Below are positions 20,787 through 29,295 of a stretch of 32,000 nt of DNA, piece by piece. The notes under the pieces are model-generated. The model worked only from the letters and a program-made list of their open reading frames with translations. It did not search any database and was not told the origin of the DNA. Each line of letters opens with the position of its first letter. Within the stretch, counting starts at the first letter, position 1. A program made the position numbers and the translations under genes. The stretch comes from Fibrobacter succinogenes subsp. succinogenes S85 (GTDB lineage: Bacteria; Fibrobacterota; Fibrobacteria; Fibrobacterales; Fibrobacteraceae): assembly GCF_000146505.1 (NCBI RefSeq), contig NC_017448.1, forward strand, positions 1,080,001 to 1,112,000, written 5' to 3'.

Positions 20787-22028
20787 TTAGAAGTAAGTCT
20801 TGATGATGTCGCGAAGGCGCTGCATACCCTTCTTCACAGTTACGAGCAACTGGGTATCCGTATCACGCTGTTTTCTTTCGCGATGTTTCTTGTTCGCGTA
20901 GTACAAGAGGCCAATGCCGGTTGCATAAGACGGATTCTGGTACGCATCCTGAATGCCGCTCATGCCCTTCGGCTTTCCGATATGGACAGGCTTCTTGAAT
21001 ACTTTTGTTGCAATTTCTTCAATGCCGGCGAGGTTGCAGCAGCCACCCGTAAGGACGATACCGCCATCAATGACCGTATCGAGGTGGTGCTTTTCCAAAT
21101 CCTTGGCCAAAAGCTTGAAGATCTCTGCAACGCGAGCAGTAATAATTTGTGCCAAAAGTTTACGAGAACAAAGAACTTCTCCACGGTCGCCCACACCAGG
21201 GACCGGGAAGGTTTCATCTTCAATCAAGTTGTTGAGCGAGCAGGTGCCGTACTTTTTCTTGAGTTCTTCAGCCTTCGAAAGCGAGACCGGAACCTTGAGG
21301 CACTTGCTAATGTCACTAGTAATAACGTTACCCGCAATGTCGAGCGATGCCGTGTAGCGCACGGAATCCTTGACAAAGACGGCGATATCGGCAGAACCTG
21401 CGCCAATGTCGATCAGCGCCACGCCAAGTTCGCGTTCGTCATTAGACAAAACTGCGGATGCGGCTGCGAGCGGTTCAAGCACAAAGCCGGCCACGTTGAG
21501 GCCAGCGCGATTCACGCACTTTGCGATATCCTGGAGAGCGTTCGGGCGTGAGGTAACCACCTGAACTTCGACTCCCAAGCGACGGCCCGTATAACCCTTA
21601 GGATTACGGATGCCCGTCGTATCATCCAGCGTATAATCTCCCGGGAAAATATGGATGATTTCACCCGCCTTATCCGGAAGCGTGCTTGCCAATCTCTGAA
21701 CGTTGATGATATCTTCTTCACGGACTTCGTTTGTCGGAAGCGAAACGAGTCCCTTGTAGCTGTAAGACGACACGTGCTTACCCGCAATGCCCACGTAGAC
21801 ATCGCGCACATCGACACCCGCAATCGATTCAAGCGTATGAACGGCCTTCTGCAATGTTTCAACGACAGAATCGTATTCATCTGACGATTCCAGCGGGAAA
21901 TCACCGCATTCCACAACTCGGACGGAATCTCCTTCCGAGATGCCAACGAACAAATTCACTTTCGAGGCGCCGATATCAAGCCCGAAAATGTAGTCTTCCT
22001 TTTTGACTATTTGCTTATTGTCATCCAT
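20787..22028 (-). CDS. ftsA: Cell division protein FtsA (actin-like ATPase)
   Basis: FGLDIGASKVN phosphate-1 motif, ALIDIGAGSADIAVF, and GGIVLTGGCCNLAGIEE. I chose the ATG at 22028 (MDDNKQ...; AGAGGTG RBS; ATGGATGA overlap with the ftsQ stop) rather than the TTG at 22046 used by the track. Confidence 0.93.
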   Translation of the reverse strand: MDDNKQIVKKEDYIFGLDIGASKVNLFVGISEGDSVRVVECGDFPLESSDEYDSVVETLQKAVHTLESIAGVDVRDVYVGIAGKHVSSYSYKGLVSLPTNEVREEDIINVQRLASTLPDKAGEIIHIFPGDYTLDDTTGIRNPKGYTGRRLGVEVQVVTSRPNALQDIAKCVNRAGLNVAGFVLEPLAAASAVLSNDERELGVALIDIGAGSADIAVFVKDSVRYTASLDIAGNVITSDISKCLKVPVSLSKAEELKKKYGTCSLNNLIEDETFPVPGVGDRGEVLCSRKLLAQIITARVAEIFKLLAKDLEKHHLDTVIDGGIVLTGGCCNLAGIEEIATKVFKKPVHIGKPKGMSGIQDAYQNPSYATGIGLLYYANKKHRERKQRDTDTQLLVTVKKGMQRLRDIIKTYF

Positions 22029-22863
22029 TGATACACCTCTTATCAAAGTTTTTTATATACGCAAATCCATGAAATCTCATATCTACCTCGCCTGCGCAAA
22101 GGAGATCCTTGCGAAAGCCTTTTCCGATAGCATCGTACAAAGCAAACAAATCCCTATTCCAATTTGAATCCGGGAACATCACGCGATACCCGGCATCCTT
22201 GAAAAACACTTCAAAAGCCCTGTCTTTTTCGGACCAGCCTACCTGCGATACACGATCGTAAAGCGGCTTGTCCTCATTGCGCATGGTAAACAGGAACTGG
22301 GCCACCTGTTTTACCTTCCCTTCCGATTCCTTTTCAAGAATCGGCAGGCGAAGCGCCGTCATCATCGACATCGGGAGCGACAGTCCACGTTCAGAATAAA
22401 CCGTTCCCTTGCCGCCATCAAGCACTGACAGAATCGGGGACGCTTCCTGAAGCTTGATGTAAAGCGAAGACGGAAACTTGCTTTCCACTTCAGCAGAATG
22501 GATGAGCGGAATCTGCAAGAGAGACTTCTTGACAGAGTCGGCATCCAGTTCCGACATGAGCATGCCCGTTTCCACCTGGGCGCTCTGCACCACATCTTCC
22601 CATGAAAGCATGCGATTGCCTTCGATTTCGATGTACTGCAAGTGCCTGAGTTCGAGCGGATTGATCTGGTGTAGATAGAAACGACTCTGCCACAGTGCGA
22701 CGGTAGCCACGACAAGGAGCAGAGTCAAGACCCAGCCCTTGCGCTTGTACCAACGAACAGCATTGGCAATGCGCATCCGTCTCATACGGGCGCGCTTGCG
22801 TCTGCGCTTACGTTCGTTGTATCCGATCCGTCGACCGAACATTGTTGTTTCTTCAGTTGTCAA
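22021..22863 (-). CDS. ftsQ: Cell division protein FtsQ (POTRA domain)
   Basis: It has a basic cytoplasmic N-terminus (KRRRKRARMRRMR), one TM segment (WVLTLLLVVATVALW) and a POTRA-like IEIEGNRMLSWEDVV. Its position between murC and ftsA fits. The TTG start at 22863 overlaps the murC TGA (TTGA), with GGAG 8 nt upstream. An alternative ATG lies at 22842. Confidence 0.8.
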   Translation of the reverse strand: MTTEETTMFGRRIGYNERKRRRKRARMRRMRIANAVRWYKRKGWVLTLLLVVATVALWQSRFYLHQINPLELRHLQYIEIEGNRMLSWEDVVQSAQVETGMLMSELDADSVKKSLLQIPLIHSAEVESKFPSSLYIKLQEASPILSVLDGGKGTVYSERGLSLPMSMMTALRLPILEKESEGKVKQVAQFLFTMRNEDKPLYDRVSQVGWSEKDRAFEVFFKDAGYRVMFPDSNWNRDLFALYDAIGKGFRKDLLCAGEVDMRFHGFAYIKNFDKRCING

Positions 22864-24242
22864 ATGCTCTTCTCCAAAATCGTCTGGCCAAGCTTCCAGA
22901 TGTTACCAGCGCCCATCAGAACGATCACGTCGTTCGGTTTGAGCAATTCCTTGCAGACCGGAATCAAGTTGTTCACATCACCGATAAAGCGGGCATCGCG
23001 GTGGCCACGGTCAGCGGCACTGTTAGCAACCATCGCCCCGGTCACGCCTTCAATCGGCTTTTCGCGGGACGGATAGATGTCGGTCACCAAAAGCACATCG
23101 CAGTTCGAGAATGCGCTACCAAAAGCTTCGTGCTGATCGCGGGTACGCGTAAACAAGTGCGGCTGGAAAGCGACAATGATGCGCTTGTCCGGGAACGCCT
23201 CGCGGAAACCAAGTAGTGTAGCGGTTGCTTCGGTCGGGTGGTGAGCATAGTCGTCAAAGACCATAACGCCATTCTTTTCACCGATGAATTCAAAGCGGCG
23301 TTTCACACCTTCGAATGCGGCCACGGCCTTGCGGGCAACTTCAATCGAAATACCTTCTTCGACAGCGAGGGCAACAGCAGCCGTTGCATTCAGCACGTTG
23401 TGGCGGCCCGGGATCTGGAGCTTGAACTGGCCGAGGCTCTTGACATCGCAAACAATTTCAAACTGCGGATAGCCCTTCACAAACACGAGATTTTCAACGC
23501 GGTACTTAGCCTGACGGGTAAAGCCGTACGTAATCACCGGCTTCTTGAGGTGCGACAAAATCTGCTGCACGTTCGGGTCGTCAAGGCATACAATCACCTG
23601 ACCGTAGAACGGAATCTTGTTTGCAAACTGCGTGAACGCATCCTTGATGGCATCGATGTTCTCGTATGTATCGAGATGGTCGGCATCGATGTTCGTGATG
23701 ATCGCCGAAGACGGCATCATCGAAAGGAAGCTGCGGTCAAATTCATCACTTTCGGCAATGAGGTAGTCGCCGTGGCCCACCTTGGCACCACTGCACTTGC
23801 CCTTCACAATGCCACCCACGATAATCGTCGGGTCAAGGCCTGCTTCTTCCCAGATAGCGCCAACGATAGACGTCGTCGTGGTCTTGCCGTGTGTACCGGC
23901 AATGGAAAGCGTGTACTTGAGGCGCATCAGTTCACCGAGCATTTCAGCGCGGCGAATCACCGGAATACGGCGGGCGCGAGCTTCAACAAGTTCCGGATTG
24001 TCAAACGGAATGGCAGAGGAATAAACGACCAAGTCTGCATCAGCAACATTCTTTGCTTCGTGCTTCGGGTCAATGCGAATGCCAAGACCTTTCAAGTAGT
24101 CAATGACAGCGCCTTCGCCCATATCGGAACCGGTCACCACAAAGCCGTTTTCGTGAAGCACTTCGGCAATACCGGACATACCGGCGCCACCGATACCCAC
24201 AAAATGAAGGCGGCGAACACGTTTACAATCATTAATCTGCAT
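22860..24242 (-). CDS. murC: UDP-N-acetylmuramate--L-alanine ligase
   Basis: HFVGIGGAGMSGIAEVL N-terminal Rossmann motif, Mur ligase P-loop AGTHGKTTTTS, and DYAHHP. 460 aa. Confidence 0.95.
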   Translation of the reverse strand: MQINDCKRVRRLHFVGIGGAGMSGIAEVLHENGFVVTGSDMGEGAVIDYLKGLGIRIDPKHEAKNVADADLVVYSSAIPFDNPELVEARARRIPVIRRAEMLGELMRLKYTLSIAGTHGKTTTTSIVGAIWEEAGLDPTIIVGGIVKGKCSGAKVGHGDYLIAESDEFDRSFLSMMPSSAIITNIDADHLDTYENIDAIKDAFTQFANKIPFYGQVIVCLDDPNVQQILSHLKKPVITYGFTRQAKYRVENLVFVKGYPQFEIVCDVKSLGQFKLQIPGRHNVLNATAAVALAVEEGISIEVARKAVAAFEGVKRRFEFIGEKNGVMVFDDYAHHPTEATATLLGFREAFPDKRIIVAFQPHLFTRTRDQHEAFGSAFSNCDVLLVTDIYPSREKPIEGVTGAMVANSAADRGHRDARFIGDVNNLIPVCKELLKPNDVIVLMGAGNIWKLGQTILEKSI

Positions 24243-25312
24243 TACGTTCTCTCCATATCCAGAATAATTTTCGCAATCTGGTCAGCGGCATCGGGCATGC
24301 CAAGCGTCTTGGCGGCTTCGCCCATCTTTTCCAAGCGTTCCGGATCATACAGGAGCGCTTCCACCTTGTTCCAAAGATCGTTCGGTTCATCATCAAGCTC
24401 CACGAGGGCTGCGCCAGCCTTTTCGACCACGCGGGCGTTGTGTTCCTGATGGTTTGCAGTCGCATGCGGGTACGGGAGCAAAATGGACGGTTTGCCAAAA
24501 GCAAGGATTTCTGCAAGTCCCGATGCACCAGCGCGGCTGATAATCAAGTCGGCGTGCTTCATATAAGCATAGATGTTATCCAAGAATCCACGCACCGCGA
24601 CGTTCGGCAAAATACCGAGACGGTTGTTGATGTCATCGACATTCTTGGCGCCCACCTGCCAAACCACGCTAATATCTTCGTGGGCAGCGATGCGGCCAAT
24701 GCTTTCTTCAATCTTGTTATTGATGCCAGCAGCACCCTGGGAGCCACCGACGATAAACACAGCCTTGCGGCCTTCACGGAATTCCACCGGACGGGCCAGG
24801 GAATCAGCAGAAGGCAAGTCGCGAATCGGATTGCCGAGAATACGGGTCTTTTCGATCGGGAAACCCTTCATCGCCTCTTCGGAGGTCACAAAAACAGTCT
24901 TTGCATAGCGAGCACCGACCTTATTTGCAATACCGGCAACAGCGTTCTGTTCCTGCAAATAGACCGGAATACCCATAGAACCAGCCGCAAGCACAATCGG
25001 GAGCGAGACATAGCCGCCCGTTGCAATCACGACATCCGGAGCCACCTTCTTTACAACACTCTTTGCACGAATCAAGGACTTGGTCAGGTTAAACGGCAAT
25101 GCCAAATTCTTGAGGAACGGTCCACGGTGCAGCGGAACAGCCGAAATGTATTCGTACGGCCAGTTCTTTGCCACAAGGCGTTCTTCCATAGAATCCTTAC
25201 GGCCCGCAAAAGTAATCTGAGTGACACCCATCTTCTTCAAACTCTCGGCAATAGCCACTGCCGGGAAAATGTGGCCACCAGTGCCACCGCAAACAAAGAG
25301 GAACTTTTTCAT
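24242..25312 (-). CDS. murG: Undecaprenyldiphospho-muramoylpentapeptide beta-N-acetylglucosaminyltransferase
   Basis: N-terminal GGTGGHIFPAVAIAE, and C-terminal ISRAGASGLAEILAFGKPSILLPYPHA..HQ..NA. 356 aa. TAATG junction with murC. Confidence 0.95.
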   Translation of the reverse strand: MKKFLFVCGGTGGHIFPAVAIAESLKKMGVTQITFAGRKDSMEERLVAKNWPYEYISAVPLHRGPFLKNLALPFNLTKSLIRAKSVVKKVAPDVVIATGGYVSLPIVLAAGSMGIPVYLQEQNAVAGIANKVGARYAKTVFVTSEEAMKGFPIEKTRILGNPIRDLPSADSLARPVEFREGRKAVFIVGGSQGAAGINNKIEESIGRIAAHEDISVVWQVGAKNVDDINNRLGILPNVAVRGFLDNIYAYMKHADLIISRAGASGLAEILAFGKPSILLPYPHATANHQEHNARVVEKAGAALVELDDEPNDLWNKVEALLYDPERLEKMGEAAKTLGMPDAADQIAKIILDMERT

Positions 25313-26481
25313 ATAGAACTCCTTCTTGCTCCAAAATTCATAGCGGATCCCGCATTAAAAGAAACCGTGTTGTTCATATAGGGTTCACGAATGCTACGGC
25401 CACTCGTCGGGCGAGATATATTCAACAAAATTCCAATAAACGCAGCCGACAAAAGCAGGTTCGTACCGCCAAAGCTGAGGAACGGAAGCGGTTGGCCCGT
25501 CGTCGGGAAAAGTCCCACGCACACGCACACGTGAATGATAAAATTCAAGAACAGCGAAGTCGTGAGCGCAACAGCCATGTATTTTCCAAAACGCGTCGTA
25601 GCGCCTCTTGCAATATTGTAGCCCTGCGAGAAAAGTATTGCAAAAGCGACAAGCACGAGGAACGTTCCGACAAAACCATATTCTTCGCCAATAGCCGCAT
25701 AGACCACGTCCTTATGGGCTTCGGGCAAGTAACCAAGCTTCTGTTCACCCATGCCAGCCCCCGTTCCCAAGAGGCCACCATTGCCAAGCGCTTCAAGAGA
25801 ATGTACCAGCTGATGTTTTGATTCCTTCATTGAGCCATCATTAGCCAAGTACGCCTTAATGCGCTTACGCGTATGCGATTTGCAAAGCAAAGCAATTGCA
25901 AGCAACGGAAGAGACGAAAGGAAGCTAATCAACACATACTTATAGTTCGCCCCTGCAATGATAAGCAACGTAAGCAACAAGGCACAGAACATGAGGAGCA
26001 TCGAGTAGTTTGGCTGTAAAGCAAGCAAAATCGCAGAAATCAAGAATGGAACCGCCGGCTGGATAATCGTACACTTGATGGACTTGATTTCATCGCCCGC
26101 GTTCGAAAGCTTTGCACAAATCCAGCAGATAAAGCCAAACTTCATAAGTTCAGACGGCTGGATACCGAAAATCCAGCGGGACGCACCCTTCACTTCGCCA
26201 CCCGAGATGATAGCCGCAAACGTAAGGAGAGCGCCGACACCAAAAATGACACGGGAAGAATCTTTCCAAAGAGCGTAATCGATCTTATAGAACACGCCTA
26301 TGATAATGACCGATGCCACGACCTTGTAAAGATGCTTCATGAGGAAGTATTCAGGAGACAAGTTCTTCGAAACAGCCACAGGAGCAGAAATCGAATAAAC
26401 GACAGCAATGCCAAAGCACATTAATGCTAATGTGACAAAAAGCAAAAGCTTGTTCATTCCTGAGGACTGAGTGTTAGACAT
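25309..26481 (-). CDS. ftsW: SEDS-family peptidoglycan polymerase / lipid II flippase FtsW
   Basis: Polytopic membrane protein. Motifs: GASRWI..G...QPSELMKF, LPEAHKDVVYAAIGEEYGFVG, and GQPLPFLSFGGTNLL. ATGA overlap with murG. The dcw context favours FtsW over RodA. Confidence 0.88.
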   Translation of the reverse strand: MSNTQSSGMNKLLLFVTLALMCFGIAVVYSISAPVAVSKNLSPEYFLMKHLYKVVASVIIIGVFYKIDYALWKDSSRVIFGVGALLTFAAIISGGEVKGASRWIFGIQPSELMKFGFICWICAKLSNAGDEIKSIKCTIIQPAVPFLISAILLALQPNYSMLLMFCALLLTLLIIAGANYKYVLISFLSSLPLLAIALLCKSHTRKRIKAYLANDGSMKESKHQLVHSLEALGNGGLLGTGAGMGEQKLGYLPEAHKDVVYAAIGEEYGFVGTFLVLVAFAILFSQGYNIARGATTRFGKYMAVALTTSLFLNFIIHVCVCVGLFPTTGQPLPFLSFGGTNLLLSAAFIGILLNISRPTSGRSIREPYMNNTVSFNAGSAMNFGARRSSI

Positions 26482-26501
26482 CTTGACTAAAGAACCTTAC
26501 C

Positions 26502-27887
26502 TTAAACCTTGAATACCGGCACCATGTGGAGGAGCGCTTCGACCACCTGTTCCATGTGCATGCCACGGCTACCCTTCACCAAAAGGATATCCCCTTCGGC
26601 GACGACTTCGCCCAGCATGCTGATAACTTCCGGAACAGTCTCAAAATACTGCACGTTCTTCATGCCACGAGACTTGGCACCTTCCACGTACTTCTTGGCG
26701 TCCTTGCCGACAGCGAGGAGCATGTCAAAATTCATTTCCGGCACCAAGGCGCCGATCTGCTTGTGCAAATTGCCACTTTCCTTGCCGAGTTCGAGCATGT
26801 CGCCAAGCACTGCAATGCGCTTGCCTTCGACACGCATGTTGCCGAGCGTCTGGAGAGCCATTTTCGTCGAAGACGGATTGGCGTTGTAGCAGTCCGAAAT
26901 CACCTTGAAGCCATTGGCGTTCTTGATTTCCATGCGCATGCTCGTGGAAGTAAAGCCTGCAAGAGCCTTTGCAATATCGCCCTTCGGGATGCGGAGAGCC
27001 TGGCCCACAGCGATAGCGGCAAGAGCGTCATAAAGGTTATGGTCACCCGGAACATTCAAAACGAAATGCGTACGGCCAACGTAGAAATCAGCGCAGAGGT
27101 TTTCGGTCCACTTGAGCTTTTCGGGCTTCACGACACCGCGACGCACACCGAAAGTCACGACCTTGTAATGCTTGGTAGCCTTCACCTTGCAAAGGCGTTC
27201 GTCATCGGCATTCACAATCAGCGTGCCATTTTCCTTGAGGCCAGCTGTAATGTTGATTTTTTCGTTGAACACGCCATCCAAATCGCCGAGACGTTCCAAA
27301 TGGCTTGCGCCAATGTTTGTAATCACGGCAATATCCGGCTCCGTGGCCAAGGAAAGCGGGCGGATTTCGTCCGGACCACTCGTACCCATTTCGACAACAG
27401 CGGCTTCATGGCTGTGCTTCAGCTGGAACAGCGTCATCGGGACACCGATATGGTTGTTGAAGTTACCCTTTGTTGCATGGGTGTTGTACTTCATCGAAAG
27501 TACAGCCTTCGTCATTTCCTTTGTAGTGGTCTTGCCGTTACTACCTGTAATGGCGACCTTCTTCAACTTGAAAAGTCTTTGATAGCCCTTGGCCAGTTTC
27601 AAGAGAGCCTTCGTCGTATCTTCGACCGGAGCGTACATCTTGAAATTCGGATCGATAGCAGTTTGGTTTACAACGCTCATCAGAGCTCCATCCTTTTCCA
27701 TTTGAGATACAAACTGGTGGGCGTCAAAGCGAGCACCCTTAATCGGCCAAAAGACGACGCCCTTGGCACTTTCACGAGAATCCATGCAGAGATTCACCTT
27801 GCGTTTCAAGGTGCGGGCAGGAACGCCGACAGCTTCGGTTTCCAGAATCTCGAGCATTTCTCCAATAGTCAAATCAAGCTTCAGCAT
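26502..27887 (-). CDS. murF: UDP-N-acetylmuramoyl-tripeptide--D-alanyl-D-alanine ligase
   Basis: ITGSNGKTTTKEM P-loop; GNFNNHIGVPMTL, which is MurF-specific; and DCYNANPSS. 461 aa. It overlaps the murE stop by 14 nt. Confidence 0.92.
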   Translation of the reverse strand: MLKLDLTIGEMLEILETEAVGVPARTLKRKVNLCMDSRESAKGVVFWPIKGARFDAHQFVSQMEKDGALMSVVNQTAIDPNFKMYAPVEDTTKALLKLAKGYQRLFKLKKVAITGSNGKTTTKEMTKAVLSMKYNTHATKGNFNNHIGVPMTLFQLKHSHEAAVVEMGTSGPDEIRPLSLATEPDIAVITNIGASHLERLGDLDGVFNEKINITAGLKENGTLIVNADDERLCKVKATKHYKVVTFGVRRGVVKPEKLKWTENLCADFYVGRTHFVLNVPGDHNLYDALAAIAVGQALRIPKGDIAKALAGFTSTSMRMEIKNANGFKVISDCYNANPSSTKMALQTLGNMRVEGKRIAVLGDMLELGKESGNLHKQIGALVPEMNFDMLLAVGKDAKKYVEGAKSRGMKNVQYFETVPEVISMLGEVVAEGDILLVKGSRGMHMEQVVEALLHMVPVFKV

Positions 27888-29295
27888 CAGTCATCGCCTT
27901 CACCGCGATTTCGCGATCGTCAAAATGATGTTTGGTCTTACCAATGATCTGGTAATCCTCATGGCCCTTGCCCGCAATCACAAGCCAGTCGCCGCTCTTG
28001 AGTTCTGCACAAGCGCGATTGATAGCTTCTTCGCGGTTTTCGACCACTTCAAACTTGTCCGTCGTCATGCCGGCGCGAACGTCAGCGATAATATCTGCAG
28101 GCTTTTCGGTACGCGGATTGTCCGACGTGAGCCAAGCCTTGTCTGCAATGCGTTCTGCAATGCCGCCCATAATCGGACGCTTCGTCTTGTCGCGGTCACC
28201 ACCGCAGCCAAACACGGTTGAAAGCTTGCCGCGGCAGAGGCTACGAGCCACATTCAGCACGCGTTCAAGGGCATCCGGCGTGTGAGCGTAGTCCACAATC
28301 ACATGCTTGCCGTCCTTGCTCCAGACCTTTTCAAAACGGCCCGGAACGCGCACAGTCGTAATCGCCTTGCGCATGGCATCTTCAGGTACGCAGAGAGCAT
28401 GAGCCCATGCAAGCACCAGGAGCAGGTTGTCCACGTTAAAGTCGCCGCAGAGCGGAGTTTCAAACTTATCCGTTGCAATCATCGGAAGCGTGAATTCAAG
28501 GCCGTCTTCAGTGCTCTTGATTTCGCCAAACGGCTTCACGTCAGCCTTGGCCTTGCCAAGTCTCGAAACAGCGACCTTGCGGCAATCGAGAGCGTTGAAA
28601 AGCTTTTCGCCGTGAGCATCATCAATATTGATGACAGCCACGCCATTTTCAGCGAGGTACTTCGTAAAGAGCAACTTCTTGGCTTCGAAGTAGGCATCCA
28701 TCGTCTTGTGGTAATCGAGATGGTCCTGCGTCAAGTTGCTAAAGAGACCGCTTCTGAAACGAATACCGGCAACACGGCCCTGGTGGAGCGAATGCGAAGA
28801 CGCTTCCATCACGAGGTCAGTGCAGCCTTCAGCTACAGCGCGAGATGCAAATTCATAAAGGTCCAAAAGACCCGGAGTCGTAAGCGAAGCCGGCACGGAC
28901 TTGTCGCCAATCTTATTCTTGATGGTGCCGAGCAGAGCGGTCTTGCGGCCTTCCGCTTCAAGCATCGCATTCATAAGGAATGCACTTGTCGTCTTGCCGT
29001 TCGTACCCGTAATGGCATGGCAGATAAGCTTGCTGAACGGATCCTTGTAGAAAATCTTGGCCGCTTCGAGGCGGGCTGCCTTCACGTCCGGCACCTGGAT
29101 CCACTTAGACGTGAGTCCTTCGGGAGCCATCGTCTCGCCCACAACCGCAACGGCACCAGCCGCTATGGCACTGCGGGCAAAAGCCTCATAGCCTTCCGCC
29201 GGAATGGAGAAGAACAAATTCCCCGGTTTCACACGGCGGGAATCATCACAAAGCCCCGTCACGGACAACTTTTGCATCAGTCCTTCCGAAATCAT
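27874..29295 (-). CDS. murE: UDP-N-acetylmuramoyl-L-alanyl-D-glutamate--2,6-diaminopimelate ligase
   Basis: DSRRVKPGNLFF, ITGTNGKTT, DYAHTPDAL, and the DAP-specifying TSDNPR motif. I chose the ATG at 29295 (MISEGL...; AAGGAG RBS; TGATG junction with ftsI) over the TTG at 29325 used by the track. Confidence 0.92.
   Translation of the reverse strand: MISEGLMQKLSVTGLCDDSRRVKPGNLFFSIPAEGYEAFARSAIAAGAVAVVGETMAPEGLTSKWIQVPDVKAARLEAAKIFYKDPFSKLICHAITGTNGKTTSAFLMNAMLEAEGRKTALLGTIKNKIGDKSVPASLTTPGLLDLYEFASRAVAEGCTDLVMEASSHSLHQGRVAGIRFRSGLFSNLTQDHLDYHKTMDAYFEAKKLLFTKYLAENGVAVINIDDAHGEKLFNALDCRKVAVSRLGKAKADVKPFGEIKSTEDGLEFTLPMIATDKFETPLCGDFNVDNLLLVLAWAHALCVPEDAMRKAITTVRVPGRFEKVWSKDGKHVIVDYAHTPDALERVLNVARSLCRGKLSTVFGCGGDRDKTKRPIMGGIAERIADKAWLTSDNPRTEKPADIIADVRAGMTTDKFEVVENREEAINRACAELKSGDWLVIAGKGHEDYQIIGKTKHHFDDREIAVKAMTDAEA

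Noticed and set aside
22029-22046. Longer ftsA start (TTG at 22046) and longer murE start (TTG at 29325) as listed in the track
   Set aside because: Downstream ATGs (22028 and 29295) have good Shine-Dalgarno sequences (AGAGGTG, AAGGAG). They also form typical stop/start overlaps with the preceding gene. The TTG extensions add non-conserved residues and long overlaps.
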